Of a stretch of DNA of 64,000 bases, positions 29,097 to 37,917 are shown piece by piece. A program made the translations under genes and the position numbers. The DNA lies in contig CAVRID010000017.1 in the NCBI GenBank assembly GCA_963721155.1, positions 863 through 64,862 on the forward strand, written 5' to 3'. A model generated the notes under the pieces. That model was given only the letters and a program-made list of their open reading frames with translations, was not told the DNA's origin and did no database searches. How positions within the stretch are numbered: the first letter of the stretch is position 1; each line of letters begins with the position of its first letter. Source of the DNA: an uncultured Acidobacteriaceae bacterium (lineage in GTDB: Bacteria; Acidobacteriota; Terriglobia; Terriglobales; Acidobacteriaceae).

Positions 29097-31043
29097 ATGA
29101 GCCTCTTCGACTATCCGCGCATCAACTTCGAGGGCACCCTGCAACTCAACCCAGGAACCGCCAACAATGACGACTACGCTGCCAACTATTCCTTGCCGGC
29201 TTCGTACGGGCGCTTCGCGGGCCAGCCCCTGGCTCTGATTGATTCGAAGTCGGTTGAGCCGCGCACCTATGCTATGTCTGACGCCGACTTTATTGCGTGG
29301 GCGCAGCAGGTGCAAACCTTCGACATCGTGGGCCAGCCGGGACAGACGGGCCACACCATCCCCGCTGAGTGGAACTATTACGGCGCGATGAATTCGCAAA
29401 GTGTGGCGATTTTGGTTACAGGCGCCCAAGCCGGCCCCGAAGACGCAGGCAGCGGACCGCTGGCGGGCCTGCTGGGCGCGGCGCTGACGTTCTCCGGCGT
29501 CATCACGGACGTCAACTCCGAGGGATCGCCGCCCTCGACGCAGTTCTTTTTCGACGAGATGACACTGTCGGGCGGCGGCATCACTTACCTCAAGGGTGCG
29601 CCGAGTAAAGGTGCCTGCCAATGGCTCAACTTCTACCGCAACGTCAACCTGACGGCCGACGCCGGAGCGGGTGGTTACGTGTACCACGTCTTCCGGAAAG
29701 GGCCGGGTACCACCATCAACATTCCCGGGTTCGAAGCACGCGGCATCGTGGGCGCGATCTTTCGCTATTACCTTTATCGCCCGATTGCGATCAGTGACAA
29801 CGCGCAGATTGCCGAGCTCTACAAACAACGCAACACCAATCCGGTGACGATTCGCATGGCCGGAACGCTGGCGCCGCTGTATGAGCACGAAACCATCTTC
29901 ACCACACCGGTGGGCCGCTTGATGGTTGCCAATCAGGCCACGATACCCGTGCCGCAGGGTTATCAGAACAACAGTCCCAACGGGCTGATCGCGCTTGCTC
30001 CCGGAGTGGTCCAACAAAAAGGGGACAGGATCCTTGCCGATTTTGTGGGCACGTTTCCCGAGAACTATCAGGGCAATCCGAACCTACCCGATCCGAAGTT
30101 CGATTTCGGGCCGGTGTCGTTCGTGGTTGCGGCGGGTGGCGGCAGTGCGACCATCGGTTCGGTCAACTATACGAACGTAGCGGCCGGGAACCAGACGGGG
30201 TGGATCTTCGACTTCGACGTCTCTACCAATCCCGAGGCGCAAAAGATCCTGGCTCATCCCCAAGCTGTATTTAGCCTGCAAAGCACGACCTTGGGTAACG
30301 TGCTGGGCGAGACGGACTACTATTTCGTTTCCAATCAGCAGGGTATGTATACCGAGCAATTGGGCAGCGGCAAGTTGTTCCTGAATCAAGGGCGCGAGGA
30401 ACCTGCGACCATCCAGGTGTACCGCCGTGGCCGTGAGCTAGCGGCGGATCAATGCCCACCGATTACGGTGTGGCAGTACCGGTCGGTGCCCTTGGAGTCG
30501 CCAGGCAACGCCGAGATAGTCGCGACCAACTTCACGCCTGGTCAGCCGATTGTGGTCGACACTTCACAGCCGGGAAATTTCCTTTTCACGTTCTCTATCA
30601 ATGCAACGGACGTGGTGCCGACCAGTTACAGCACATTCATGAATCCACCGTATCTGACGAACTATCCGGCAATCAGTCTGCGGATCCTGCCGAACTCCGT
30701 TGATTTCAGCAAATACTATATCGACCCGAATGCGCAGGAACCGGTGGGCAACGACCTGCTGACGTTCGATGTGGTTTATCAGAACGTGCTGCGTACTTAT
30801 TATCTGCTCTATCCGGCGATGAACCAGATTTTTGCGCTGAATTCAGAGACGGAGGTTAAGAAGGTGGCAGTTTTAAAGGCCATTCTGGCGCGCACGGAGT
30901 TATCGCTCTGGATGACTAGCGACTACATGCCTCGCACCCGGGACATGTCGCATAGCCGACGTACGCTACTGCGAGCATGGTGCCGAAAGATATTGGCGGC
31001 AACGGGTGAAGGCGAAATTGTTAAGGGCCAACCTAAGGCTTAA
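29097..31043 (+). CDS. VioB/StaD/RebD N-terminal-module homologue (paralogue A1), with no ferritin-like domain attached
   Basis: The N-terminus 'MSLFDYPRINFEGTLQLNPGTANND' resembles the VioB N-terminus as I recall it (MSILDFPRIHFRG..NAPTANRD). The C-terminal 'YPAMNQIF...YMPRTRDMSHSRRTLLRAW' is also VioB-like. It is paralogous to the genes at 31121 and 36067. Confidence 0.7.
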   Translation: MSLFDYPRINFEGTLQLNPGTANNDDYAANYSLPASYGRFAGQPLALIDSKSVEPRTYAMSDADFIAWAQQVQTFDIVGQPGQTGHTIPAEWNYYGAMNSQSVAILVTGAQAGPEDAGSGPLAGLLGAALTFSGVITDVNSEGSPPSTQFFFDEMTLSGGGITYLKGAPSKGACQWLNFYRNVNLTADAGAGGYVYHVFRKGPGTTINIPGFEARGIVGAIFRYYLYRPIAISDNAQIAELYKQRNTNPVTIRMAGTLAPLYEHETIFTTPVGRLMVANQATIPVPQGYQNNSPNGLIALAPGVVQQKGDRILADFVGTFPENYQGNPNLPDPKFDFGPVSFVVAAGGGSATIGSVNYTNVAAGNQTGWIFDFDVSTNPEAQKILAHPQAVFSLQSTTLGNVLGETDYYFVSNQQGMYTEQLGSGKLFLNQGREEPATIQVYRRGRELAADQCPPITVWQYRSVPLESPGNAEIVATNFTPGQPIVVDTSQPGNFLFTFSINATDVVPTSYSTFMNPPYLTNYPAISLRILPNSVDFSKYYIDPNAQEPVGNDLLTFDVVYQNVLRTYYLLYPAMNQIFALNSETEVKKVAVLKAILARTELSLWMTSDYMPRTRDMSHSRRTLLRAWCRKILAATGEGEIVKGQPKA

Positions 31044-31120
31044 ATTGAACCACACGAGTTGACCGATTTATGGCATCGAGCCAGAAATTGGCTTGAATCA
31101 ATCAAGTGAAGGGAGAGTTT

Positions 31121-33046
31121 ATGAGCGTTCTTTCGCTTCCCAGAATTAATTTTCTCGGTGCCTGTGACTGGAACCCGAATACGGTTAACAACTCACCTAC
31201 GGTGTACGACGAAAGCACCGCCGAACCGGTCCCACAGAAAGGGATTCCCTTCGATCAATTCGTGCACTGGCTAACCCAGTTAAATCAGCAGGGTACCAGC
31301 CCGAATGGAAGCTGGAACGTGTACGGAGACCATTCCGCCACATTGGTAAACGCCATCGTAAAGACTTGCCAGCCTTCCCCGGCCAATGACCCGTTAATCG
31401 GAAAGCCCATTCAGATATTGGGTAACATACGTGGGAAGAATGCCACGCCGGCGCGTCTGGTGGATATAGATCCGTACGGCTCTACAACCTCGCAGATTTT
31501 CTACGATACGTTCAGCCTGGGCGATCAGACTCTCGGTTTCTCGGCCCATGCAGCCTGTCGAATGTTTTCGCGTTGGCCGAATTTTCAGCGAAATCTCCAA
31601 AAACTTCCGGTCGCCGGACCGATGGGCGTCATCTGGCACACAGCCGCGAAATCGTCCGATATCAAATGGTTCGGGGTGGAGCAATCGCCTACCTTACAGG
31701 CGCTGCAAAAGGCGGCGAATGCCCCTGGGAACCAGGGACTCGTCATGATATTTGCCGCTTATCGCACCCTTTACTACCAGAAAGCGACTTGGGCAGGGAA
31801 ACCGATCCAGAATGGAAAGGACCTGTCGACGGCGTATCAAGCGGGGTTTACGGACGGCAACCCAGCCGAGAGCATCATTGCCGGCACCATCGGCGTTTGG
31901 AAACAAGGCGAACTAGCCAGTGCGCCGATCGCCCGTGTGCTCGGGCCCGATGAGCCAGTCCTGCCTCCGCAGCCGGTGCTGTCCGCAAAGCGCGCCGTCC
32001 AGGAACTCGCGACGCAAGAGGTCGCAGTTGCCGAGAAATCTGTCACCTTGGGTCCTGCTTTAGCCGAAATCGATGATCAACGGCAGGTGGTGGTGCTGGA
32101 CCTGATTGCCACTTTTCCGGAGCAGAACTCCACCCTGGCAAAAGCCGACCTGGGTACCTTCCAGCTGCAGGTCCGCTCCGCCGATGGCACGGTCACACAA
32201 ATCGGACCGCCATTAACTCCGGCTGATTATGGTCAAACGGCGTACGAGGCGACCGCAGGTCTGGTCGAAGTCCCGTTCAAACCGGACCAGTTGCAAGCGT
32301 TGCAAACCGGCAGTCTGGAGATCGCACAACCAGGGAAGGAAGGCACACCCGCTCTCGCTGAGCAGTCTCTGGTGGCGGAGACCGATCAGCGGGGTGTGTA
32401 CGTCGATCAGAGCCAGACCCGGTCCATCACGATAAACGTCTACCAGAAGGGCCAGCTCGCAAGCGGACCGACCCAGCTCCAGATCCTGGTTGCGCAGTAT
32501 GACAACCAGGGTACGCTGATCACGAGTAGTCAGCAGCGGCTGGTGGAAGTGCTCGATCAACAAGGAAAGCCGCTAACCGGGGGCGTAGCCAGCGTGGACA
32601 ATGGAATTGCTTCCATCAAGGTCCGACCTCTGCAACCCGGCACGTGCTCCCTGGGATTCTTTCCATTTCAGGTGGGACAAGCGCTGCCGCAACCGCCCAG
32701 CAATGGATTCCCGGGTACGGGGGATTTCTACGCAGCTATTCGCACACTTCCCTTCGACAACAAGTTCGAGCACCTTCCACCCGACCAGGTGGTGGACTGG
32801 AACTTCGTCTACCAGCATGTTCTTCTCAACTTCGACGTGGTGTATCCCGTAATGTCGTTAATCATCAACCTGCACAATGAAAAGGCAATCGATTCGAGCG
32901 CTCCGGCCATCGAGCATGCAATCTCGCCGTCGCAGTTCGAGTCTACGCTGGCCATGCCCATCACGCGCGAGATGTCGGCGGGTAAACGAGCGCTCTTGCT
33001 CAAATATCTGCAGAACATTGGAAAAACTCCGAGCCCAACGCGCTAG
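31121..33046 (+). CDS. VioB/StaD/RebD N-terminal-module homologue (paralogue A2)
   Basis: ATG at 31121 follows AGGGAGAG. Motifs include 'MSVLSLPRINFLGACDWNPNTVNNSP', 'GVWKQGELASAP' and 'YPVMSLI...MPITREMSAGKRALLLKYL'. Confidence 0.7.
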   Translation: MSVLSLPRINFLGACDWNPNTVNNSPTVYDESTAEPVPQKGIPFDQFVHWLTQLNQQGTSPNGSWNVYGDHSATLVNAIVKTCQPSPANDPLIGKPIQILGNIRGKNATPARLVDIDPYGSTTSQIFYDTFSLGDQTLGFSAHAACRMFSRWPNFQRNLQKLPVAGPMGVIWHTAAKSSDIKWFGVEQSPTLQALQKAANAPGNQGLVMIFAAYRTLYYQKATWAGKPIQNGKDLSTAYQAGFTDGNPAESIIAGTIGVWKQGELASAPIARVLGPDEPVLPPQPVLSAKRAVQELATQEVAVAEKSVTLGPALAEIDDQRQVVVLDLIATFPEQNSTLAKADLGTFQLQVRSADGTVTQIGPPLTPADYGQTAYEATAGLVEVPFKPDQLQALQTGSLEIAQPGKEGTPALAEQSLVAETDQRGVYVDQSQTRSITINVYQKGQLASGPTQLQILVAQYDNQGTLITSSQQRLVEVLDQQGKPLTGGVASVDNGIASIKVRPLQPGTCSLGFFPFQVGQALPQPPSNGFPGTGDFYAAIRTLPFDNKFEHLPPDQVVDWNFVYQHVLLNFDVVYPVMSLIINLHNEKAIDSSAPAIEHAISPSQFESTLAMPITREMSAGKRALLLKYLQNIGKTPSPTR

Positions 33047-33087
33047 GCGGTGAATAACGCAAACTAGCGGTGGAAAGGACGGTCGCT

Positions 33088-35469
33088 ATGAGTCTCATTG
33101 ACTCGAATCGCCAACCAAAGACCCCTGCTCTACACCCGGCCGTGGATAACTGGGATCCCGGGAAGACACTTAAGATCGAAGCCACCGAGAACCCACTTCC
33201 GAACTCCACCCTCGGCGATCTGGGAGTGGCCGCCAGCGTCACAGGAAGTGCGAACTTTCCGTTGACGCTGCTGGTCCTTCCACTCGCCGAAGATGGATTG
33301 ACCGGGATCGATACGTCTTCCGTGCGAGTTTTTCGATGTGACAAAAAGAATAAGCGATATGCGCCGGTTTGGAATTCAGGTATTAACGTTGCCCACGGTT
33401 TTGTTTGGGCCAAGATCCAGCAGCCTGGCATCTTCGTAGCCATCGGTTTGCCGGCCGATCTGGTTTTGAAGGAGTGCCTGCAGCTCGTCTCGCAGCAGCG
33501 CGCTTATTTGGACTCCGGTGCAGCCGAGGAAGTAACCGCATTGACCAAGAGCACCATTACTCAGTTCCTCGATCTGCCGGAAGAGGACTTGGCAACGCTA
33601 CGCAAGATAACCGCAGCGAGCGCGTTAAATTCAGGTGTGAAGCCGGCCTCGCCGAACCAAGTTGAACGAGGGGAAGGTTTTCACGTCACCGGCTTTACCC
33701 TGCCTGGTGGCGGCTCGGTCGCTCAATTGAAGGATCGCATTGCCAAACTGAAAATCCCCGCGGATGGCTTGCCGGAAGAAAGCCTTTTCCTTGGGCCCGA
33801 CCGCCAGGCGATGGGAGTACCACTTTACACACAACTGGAACACGATTCCCTGTTGACATCGAAAATCAGTGCCATGGTTATTCCGGAGTGGAAATCGTGG
33901 CCTCCGATTCATTTTCCATTCTGCTGGTTGTTCTCGCGGAACTGGCCGATGTACCACCACGACCACGACCATAGCGGTCACGCCTCCGGCTGCAGTGGTC
34001 TTACCAGCACGACGGTACAGAATTTGGTCCTCAAGAAATCCGTCGCGGTTCCGGAAGGCGGTACCTTCGTTTCGATTCCCACGATCGCGCACGGCAAGGT
34101 CTACATTGGTACTACCCAAGTAGGCGGCGCAGACGGAGGTTACCTATACAAGATAGACATCGCCACCGGCAACATCGATCACAAGTTCGGAGTTCCCAAC
34201 CGTTTTCCGGCCTACTTCCCAGGGATCGGCGGGTCACCGGCAGTGGCACATGGCCGGATCTACTTCACTGGCCTGCCCGGCTACGTCTATTGTCTGGATG
34301 CGGCCACCTTCGCTGTAGTGTGGTCCTTGGACTTGCGAAATCCCAGCACGGCCATGAACCAGCCAGTCACGAATCCGGTCGCCGATAGCTGGAGTTCACC
34401 AGTAGTGGTGCACGACCGGGTGTACATCGGTTGTGGTGAAGGCGAATCGCAGGCATACGGATTCGTCTATTGCCTCAATGCTCACAGCGGTCATGTGATA
34501 TGGCTGTATAGCACCGACCAGTTCGTCACTGGAACGGACAACTCACCGAACGTTATTCCTGCCGGCGCGGTTGGCTTGCATCCGATGCCAGCCGGGTTCA
34601 CTTCCCATCCGGACCCCCCGCAGTTAGGCGCCTCGGTGTGGTCGTCCTGCGCCTACGATTCCAGGCTTCATCGCATCTATTTTGGCCTCGGCAATTCCTC
34701 CACTGGCGGAGGCCCCCCCGGCGCCATCGACTACAAGTACGGCAGCGGCGTCTTATCCCTGGATGCTCACACGGGAGCGTTCAAGGGCTATTTTCAGCCG
34801 AATCCGTCGGACAGCTACTATCCGGGCGATAGCGACATCGACATTTCCAGCAGTCCGACGCTCTTCAGCCACGGCCACCACCGAGTTTTGGCGATCGGCA
34901 GCAAGAGCGGCGCGTTCATGCTGTTGAACGCTGACACTATGAAGAAGATGCATATTCGTAACGTGCTGCCGCGCGACGCGGCGACGGGTGGCCCACTACC
35001 GAACGTCGACACCGGCGGAAAGACTGGCGGAGAGAACATGTACGGTGTCTTTGGCACCGCCGCCGTCCACCACGGCCTAGGCCGCTTGTTCGTGGGTGTC
35101 GGTGGCTATGCCGGCATAGGCGATGTGTCCACGACCCCGTTCTTGAGAGCGTTCCACTGGAACAACCTCCACGATGCCTGGCACATGGCCAACCAAACGA
35201 TTAACGGCCATCCGGTGGCGAAGTACACGGTACCGGTGCCGCCTATGTACCAGACCGGCGAGGCTGGATGCAGTTCGCCGGCTGTGGTGAACGACGTCGT
35301 CTTTGTATCCACTAACCTGTCGGCGCTGTACGCATTGGACGCCAACACCGGCCTACCCTTGTGGTCGGCTCCGGGACTACCTGGCGGTCAATTCATCCTG
35401 GGACCTGCCATCTACGGAAATCATGTGGTGGTGGGCGCCGGCGGAACGGTGTTTATTTACTCAACCTAA
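33088..35469 (+). CDS. PQQ-like (BamB-type) beta-propeller repeat protein with a ~300-aa unassigned N-terminal extension (B1)
   Basis: Motifs include 'GKVYIGT', 'HGRIYFTGLPGYVYCLDAATFAVVWS' and 'SSPAVVNDVVFVSTNLSALYALDANTGLPLWS'. No signal peptide is evident. Confidence 0.75.
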   Translation: MSLIDSNRQPKTPALHPAVDNWDPGKTLKIEATENPLPNSTLGDLGVAASVTGSANFPLTLLVLPLAEDGLTGIDTSSVRVFRCDKKNKRYAPVWNSGINVAHGFVWAKIQQPGIFVAIGLPADLVLKECLQLVSQQRAYLDSGAAEEVTALTKSTITQFLDLPEEDLATLRKITAASALNSGVKPASPNQVERGEGFHVTGFTLPGGGSVAQLKDRIAKLKIPADGLPEESLFLGPDRQAMGVPLYTQLEHDSLLTSKISAMVIPEWKSWPPIHFPFCWLFSRNWPMYHHDHDHSGHASGCSGLTSTTVQNLVLKKSVAVPEGGTFVSIPTIAHGKVYIGTTQVGGADGGYLYKIDIATGNIDHKFGVPNRFPAYFPGIGGSPAVAHGRIYFTGLPGYVYCLDAATFAVVWSLDLRNPSTAMNQPVTNPVADSWSSPVVVHDRVYIGCGEGESQAYGFVYCLNAHSGHVIWLYSTDQFVTGTDNSPNVIPAGAVGLHPMPAGFTSHPDPPQLGASVWSSCAYDSRLHRIYFGLGNSSTGGGPPGAIDYKYGSGVLSLDAHTGAFKGYFQPNPSDSYYPGDSDIDISSSPTLFSHGHHRVLAIGSKSGAFMLLNADTMKKMHIRNVLPRDAATGGPLPNVDTGGKTGGENMYGVFGTAAVHHGLGRLFVGVGGYAGIGDVSTTPFLRAFHWNNLHDAWHMANQTINGHPVAKYTVPVPPMYQTGEAGCSSPAVVNDVVFVSTNLSALYALDANTGLPLWSAPGLPGGQFILGPAIYGNHVVVGAGGTVFIYST

Positions 35470-35543
35470 GATGGGCCCGAGTCCTGGCAACGCGTAGGAC
35501 TCGGGTTCAGGTTCTCTCCCTCTCTCCTTCATCGGTTGGAGCG

Positions 35544-36029
35544 ATGATTATCATGGGCCATGACAACGATGGTGCAATCTTGATTGTCGAATGGTGCAAT
35601 GACTGGCTAAAGCAGTACATCCGAGACTGTGGTGCCGTCGCGGGTTCCGTCCACTTGCGGGAGAGCAGCGGACTGCGGCTCTCGGCGGCGGTCAATATCC
35701 CTGAGAAAGTTCAACAGATTGTCGAGTGGGTACCGTCTGGCAAAGGTATGGCGGGACAGGCGCTCGCTCGAGGCGAACCTATTTTCACCTGCAATCTAAA
35801 AGATGATTCGTCGGGTGCCATACGGCCGGGCGCGAAGGCGGTCGATGCGCAAGCTGCTGTAGCGTTGCCGGTGCGGGATGAAGCAGGGACTATTGTCGCG
35901 GTGGTTGGGATAGCGTTCGCCCAAGAGCGTTCGTTCTCAGCAGCGGATATCACAGGCTATCTCGTCAAAGCGAAGAGTTTAGTGGCCCAAATCGGAAGTA
36001 GTCCTAGTGCGTCTGCGACCAAAAGTTGA
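35544..36029 (+). CDS. Stand-alone GAF domain protein
   Basis: ATG at 35544. 'VPSGKGMAGQALARGEPIF' and 'AVALPVRDEAGTIVAVVGIAF' show the GAF/fRMsr-like topology. Confidence 0.6.
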   Translation: MIIMGHDNDGAILIVEWCNDWLKQYIRDCGAVAGSVHLRESSGLRLSAAVNIPEKVQQIVEWVPSGKGMAGQALARGEPIFTCNLKDDSSGAIRPGAKAVDAQAAVALPVRDEAGTIVAVVGIAFAQERSFSAADITGYLVKAKSLVAQIGSSPSASATKS

Positions 36030-36066
36030 TCGCTAACCAAGGTATTGTTTTCAGGAATGGACGAAA

Positions 36067-37902
36067 ATGACTTATCTCAATCCGCTTAGGCTGCACTTTG
36101 CCGGGACATTTCAGGCGGCACCTTCTACCGTAAACAACGATCCTTCTCATTTCAATAATGAGACATTTCTCCCGCGTTACCGGAAATACGGCGCGGGGAC
36201 CACGGACGGTTGGTGGAACCCACGCGGCAATGCCGATTTCCGGCTCATCGGCTGCAAGGTAACTGCCGCTTGGCAGGCTGGAAAGCCTGTGTCTGGCGAT
36301 AGCATCTTGCAGTGCTTGATCGCCGATTCCGACACCCGCGTCGCCGGAAAACTTGTGGACTTGGACCCCGAGCAGCAAATGGTTTCGGAAATCTGGGGCT
36401 TGGAAGTCCGTATTTGCACAACGGGCGGAAGCAAGCTGGTGAAGGGACGGTTCCATCCTGCGGCTTTTGCGGACATCTGGCTGCGATTCCCAACCGGGAA
36501 ACCTGACAGCTTCTACGGGGCCATGTACCAATCGGTGCTGACCGATTTGGAATGGGGCGATGTATCCGGATCGCCGTTTCTCACAGCGCTGAAAGGCGCT
36601 GCTTCCACCGGACGGCTCTCCATCAAGTTCAACGTTGACGGCTACGACGACAACGTGACATTGCCGACGTTTACACGGGGACGGATCGTAGGAACGATAG
36701 GGCCGGCGGCGGCCGACGAGCCAGCGCATCTGATCCTGGGTCGCCATTTTCTGGCAACTCCACAGAATCCGATGAACTGTTGCGTCGCCACAGTGGATGA
36801 ATCGGCAGGACTCATCTACGTGGACTTGGGGAACGCGCTTCCCACCAGTGCAGCGGGTGGTCCCATGCAGGATCTCGGACAACTGTCTCTGGCCTGCATT
36901 TTTCCCAACGATTTCAGCAACAATCCCGTGCCGCCCCTGCCTCTGGGCACAATTGCCTACCTGGATGCAAATTGGTATGCCACGACCGCCGGTGTCGTCG
37001 CCGTGCCCGTGACCGGCGTCAACCTGCAGAAGACTCAGTCCAACGCACTCGGTTTGCTGTTGACTACGTCCGGGCCGCCGACCGACGGCATCACCGAACC
37101 GCTCGGCGGCTTGTACGTTCGCGCCGATCAATTTGTTTACCGTCTCGAACCCGGAGAGACTGCGGAGGCAAAACTGTACGCCACGGCTTTTGGCAAGCCA
37201 TTGGCCGGCGCGACCGTGGTGAGCATCTTCGATCCAAGCGAACTTCAAGGACAACCAGTCAAAGACGGCGACACGGCGCCCCCTGTCGCTACGCCGCCCG
37301 GCGCCATTAGCTTTCCGTGCCGCTTGGTAACCGATTCTCACGGCATTGTCACCCTTCCAATCGGAACCTCGGACCCTGGCAATCCGCGCACCTACATCGA
37401 CGGGCAAGTCTATGGCGTAAGGCCCATGCTGGAAACCACAATGCCGCCGCCAGTTGGGTATCCCTTCAATGGTACCGAATTCATCACCATCCTTTTGTGG
37501 AGCGAGTACAAATTTGCCGATCCCCCGACGTGGCAACGATTGAAGCCGGTCTTCCAGCAGTACGCGAATCTCTATCCGGTAATGGATACGTTCTTGGATC
37601 TCGCGGACTATGAATCGGTGTGCAACCACAGCGGCCTGCTGCGGCTGGCGTTCGGATTGCCGGTTTCGGATCCAAACTCTATGCCGGTCACACGGGACCT
37701 TTCGCCGTCCAAACGGGAAGCGATCTTGCAATGGCTGGAACACACGGGTCCGGACGGCAAGCCGGCCCTCGGCACGCCGTCCCCTGCCGCTGTTGCCAAA
37801 GCCGCATCGAAGGCAGCCGAAACGGGACCGCCTTCCGCCGCAATGAAAGGTGGCAAGGGCGCGGCCATGGCTCGCAGAATGTTTCTTAAGCGCACAACCT
37901 AA
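36067..37902 (+). CDS. VioB/StaD/RebD N-terminal-module homologue (paralogue A3)
   Basis: Motifs include 'MTYLNPLRLHFAGTFQAAPSTVNNDPSHF' and the C-terminal 'YPVMDTFL...MPVTRDLSPSKREAILQWL'. A ferritin-like gene follows 15 nt downstream. Confidence 0.7.
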   Translation: MTYLNPLRLHFAGTFQAAPSTVNNDPSHFNNETFLPRYRKYGAGTTDGWWNPRGNADFRLIGCKVTAAWQAGKPVSGDSILQCLIADSDTRVAGKLVDLDPEQQMVSEIWGLEVRICTTGGSKLVKGRFHPAAFADIWLRFPTGKPDSFYGAMYQSVLTDLEWGDVSGSPFLTALKGAASTGRLSIKFNVDGYDDNVTLPTFTRGRIVGTIGPAAADEPAHLILGRHFLATPQNPMNCCVATVDESAGLIYVDLGNALPTSAAGGPMQDLGQLSLACIFPNDFSNNPVPPLPLGTIAYLDANWYATTAGVVAVPVTGVNLQKTQSNALGLLLTTSGPPTDGITEPLGGLYVRADQFVYRLEPGETAEAKLYATAFGKPLAGATVVSIFDPSELQGQPVKDGDTAPPVATPPGAISFPCRLVTDSHGIVTLPIGTSDPGNPRTYIDGQVYGVRPMLETTMPPPVGYPFNGTEFITILLWSEYKFADPPTWQRLKPVFQQYANLYPVMDTFLDLADYESVCNHSGLLRLAFGLPVSDPNSMPVTRDLSPSKREAILQWLEHTGPDGKPALGTPSPAAVAKAASKAAETGPPSAAMKGGKGAAMARRMFLKRTT

Positions 37903-37917
37903 TTCACGAGAGGCCCT

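Noticed and set aside
28944-30017. A 357-aa minus-strand ORF overlapping A1
   Set aside because: The reasoning is the same. It is antisense to a gene with recognisable family motifs, has an Arg/Gly-rich composition, and overlaps the upstream gene end.
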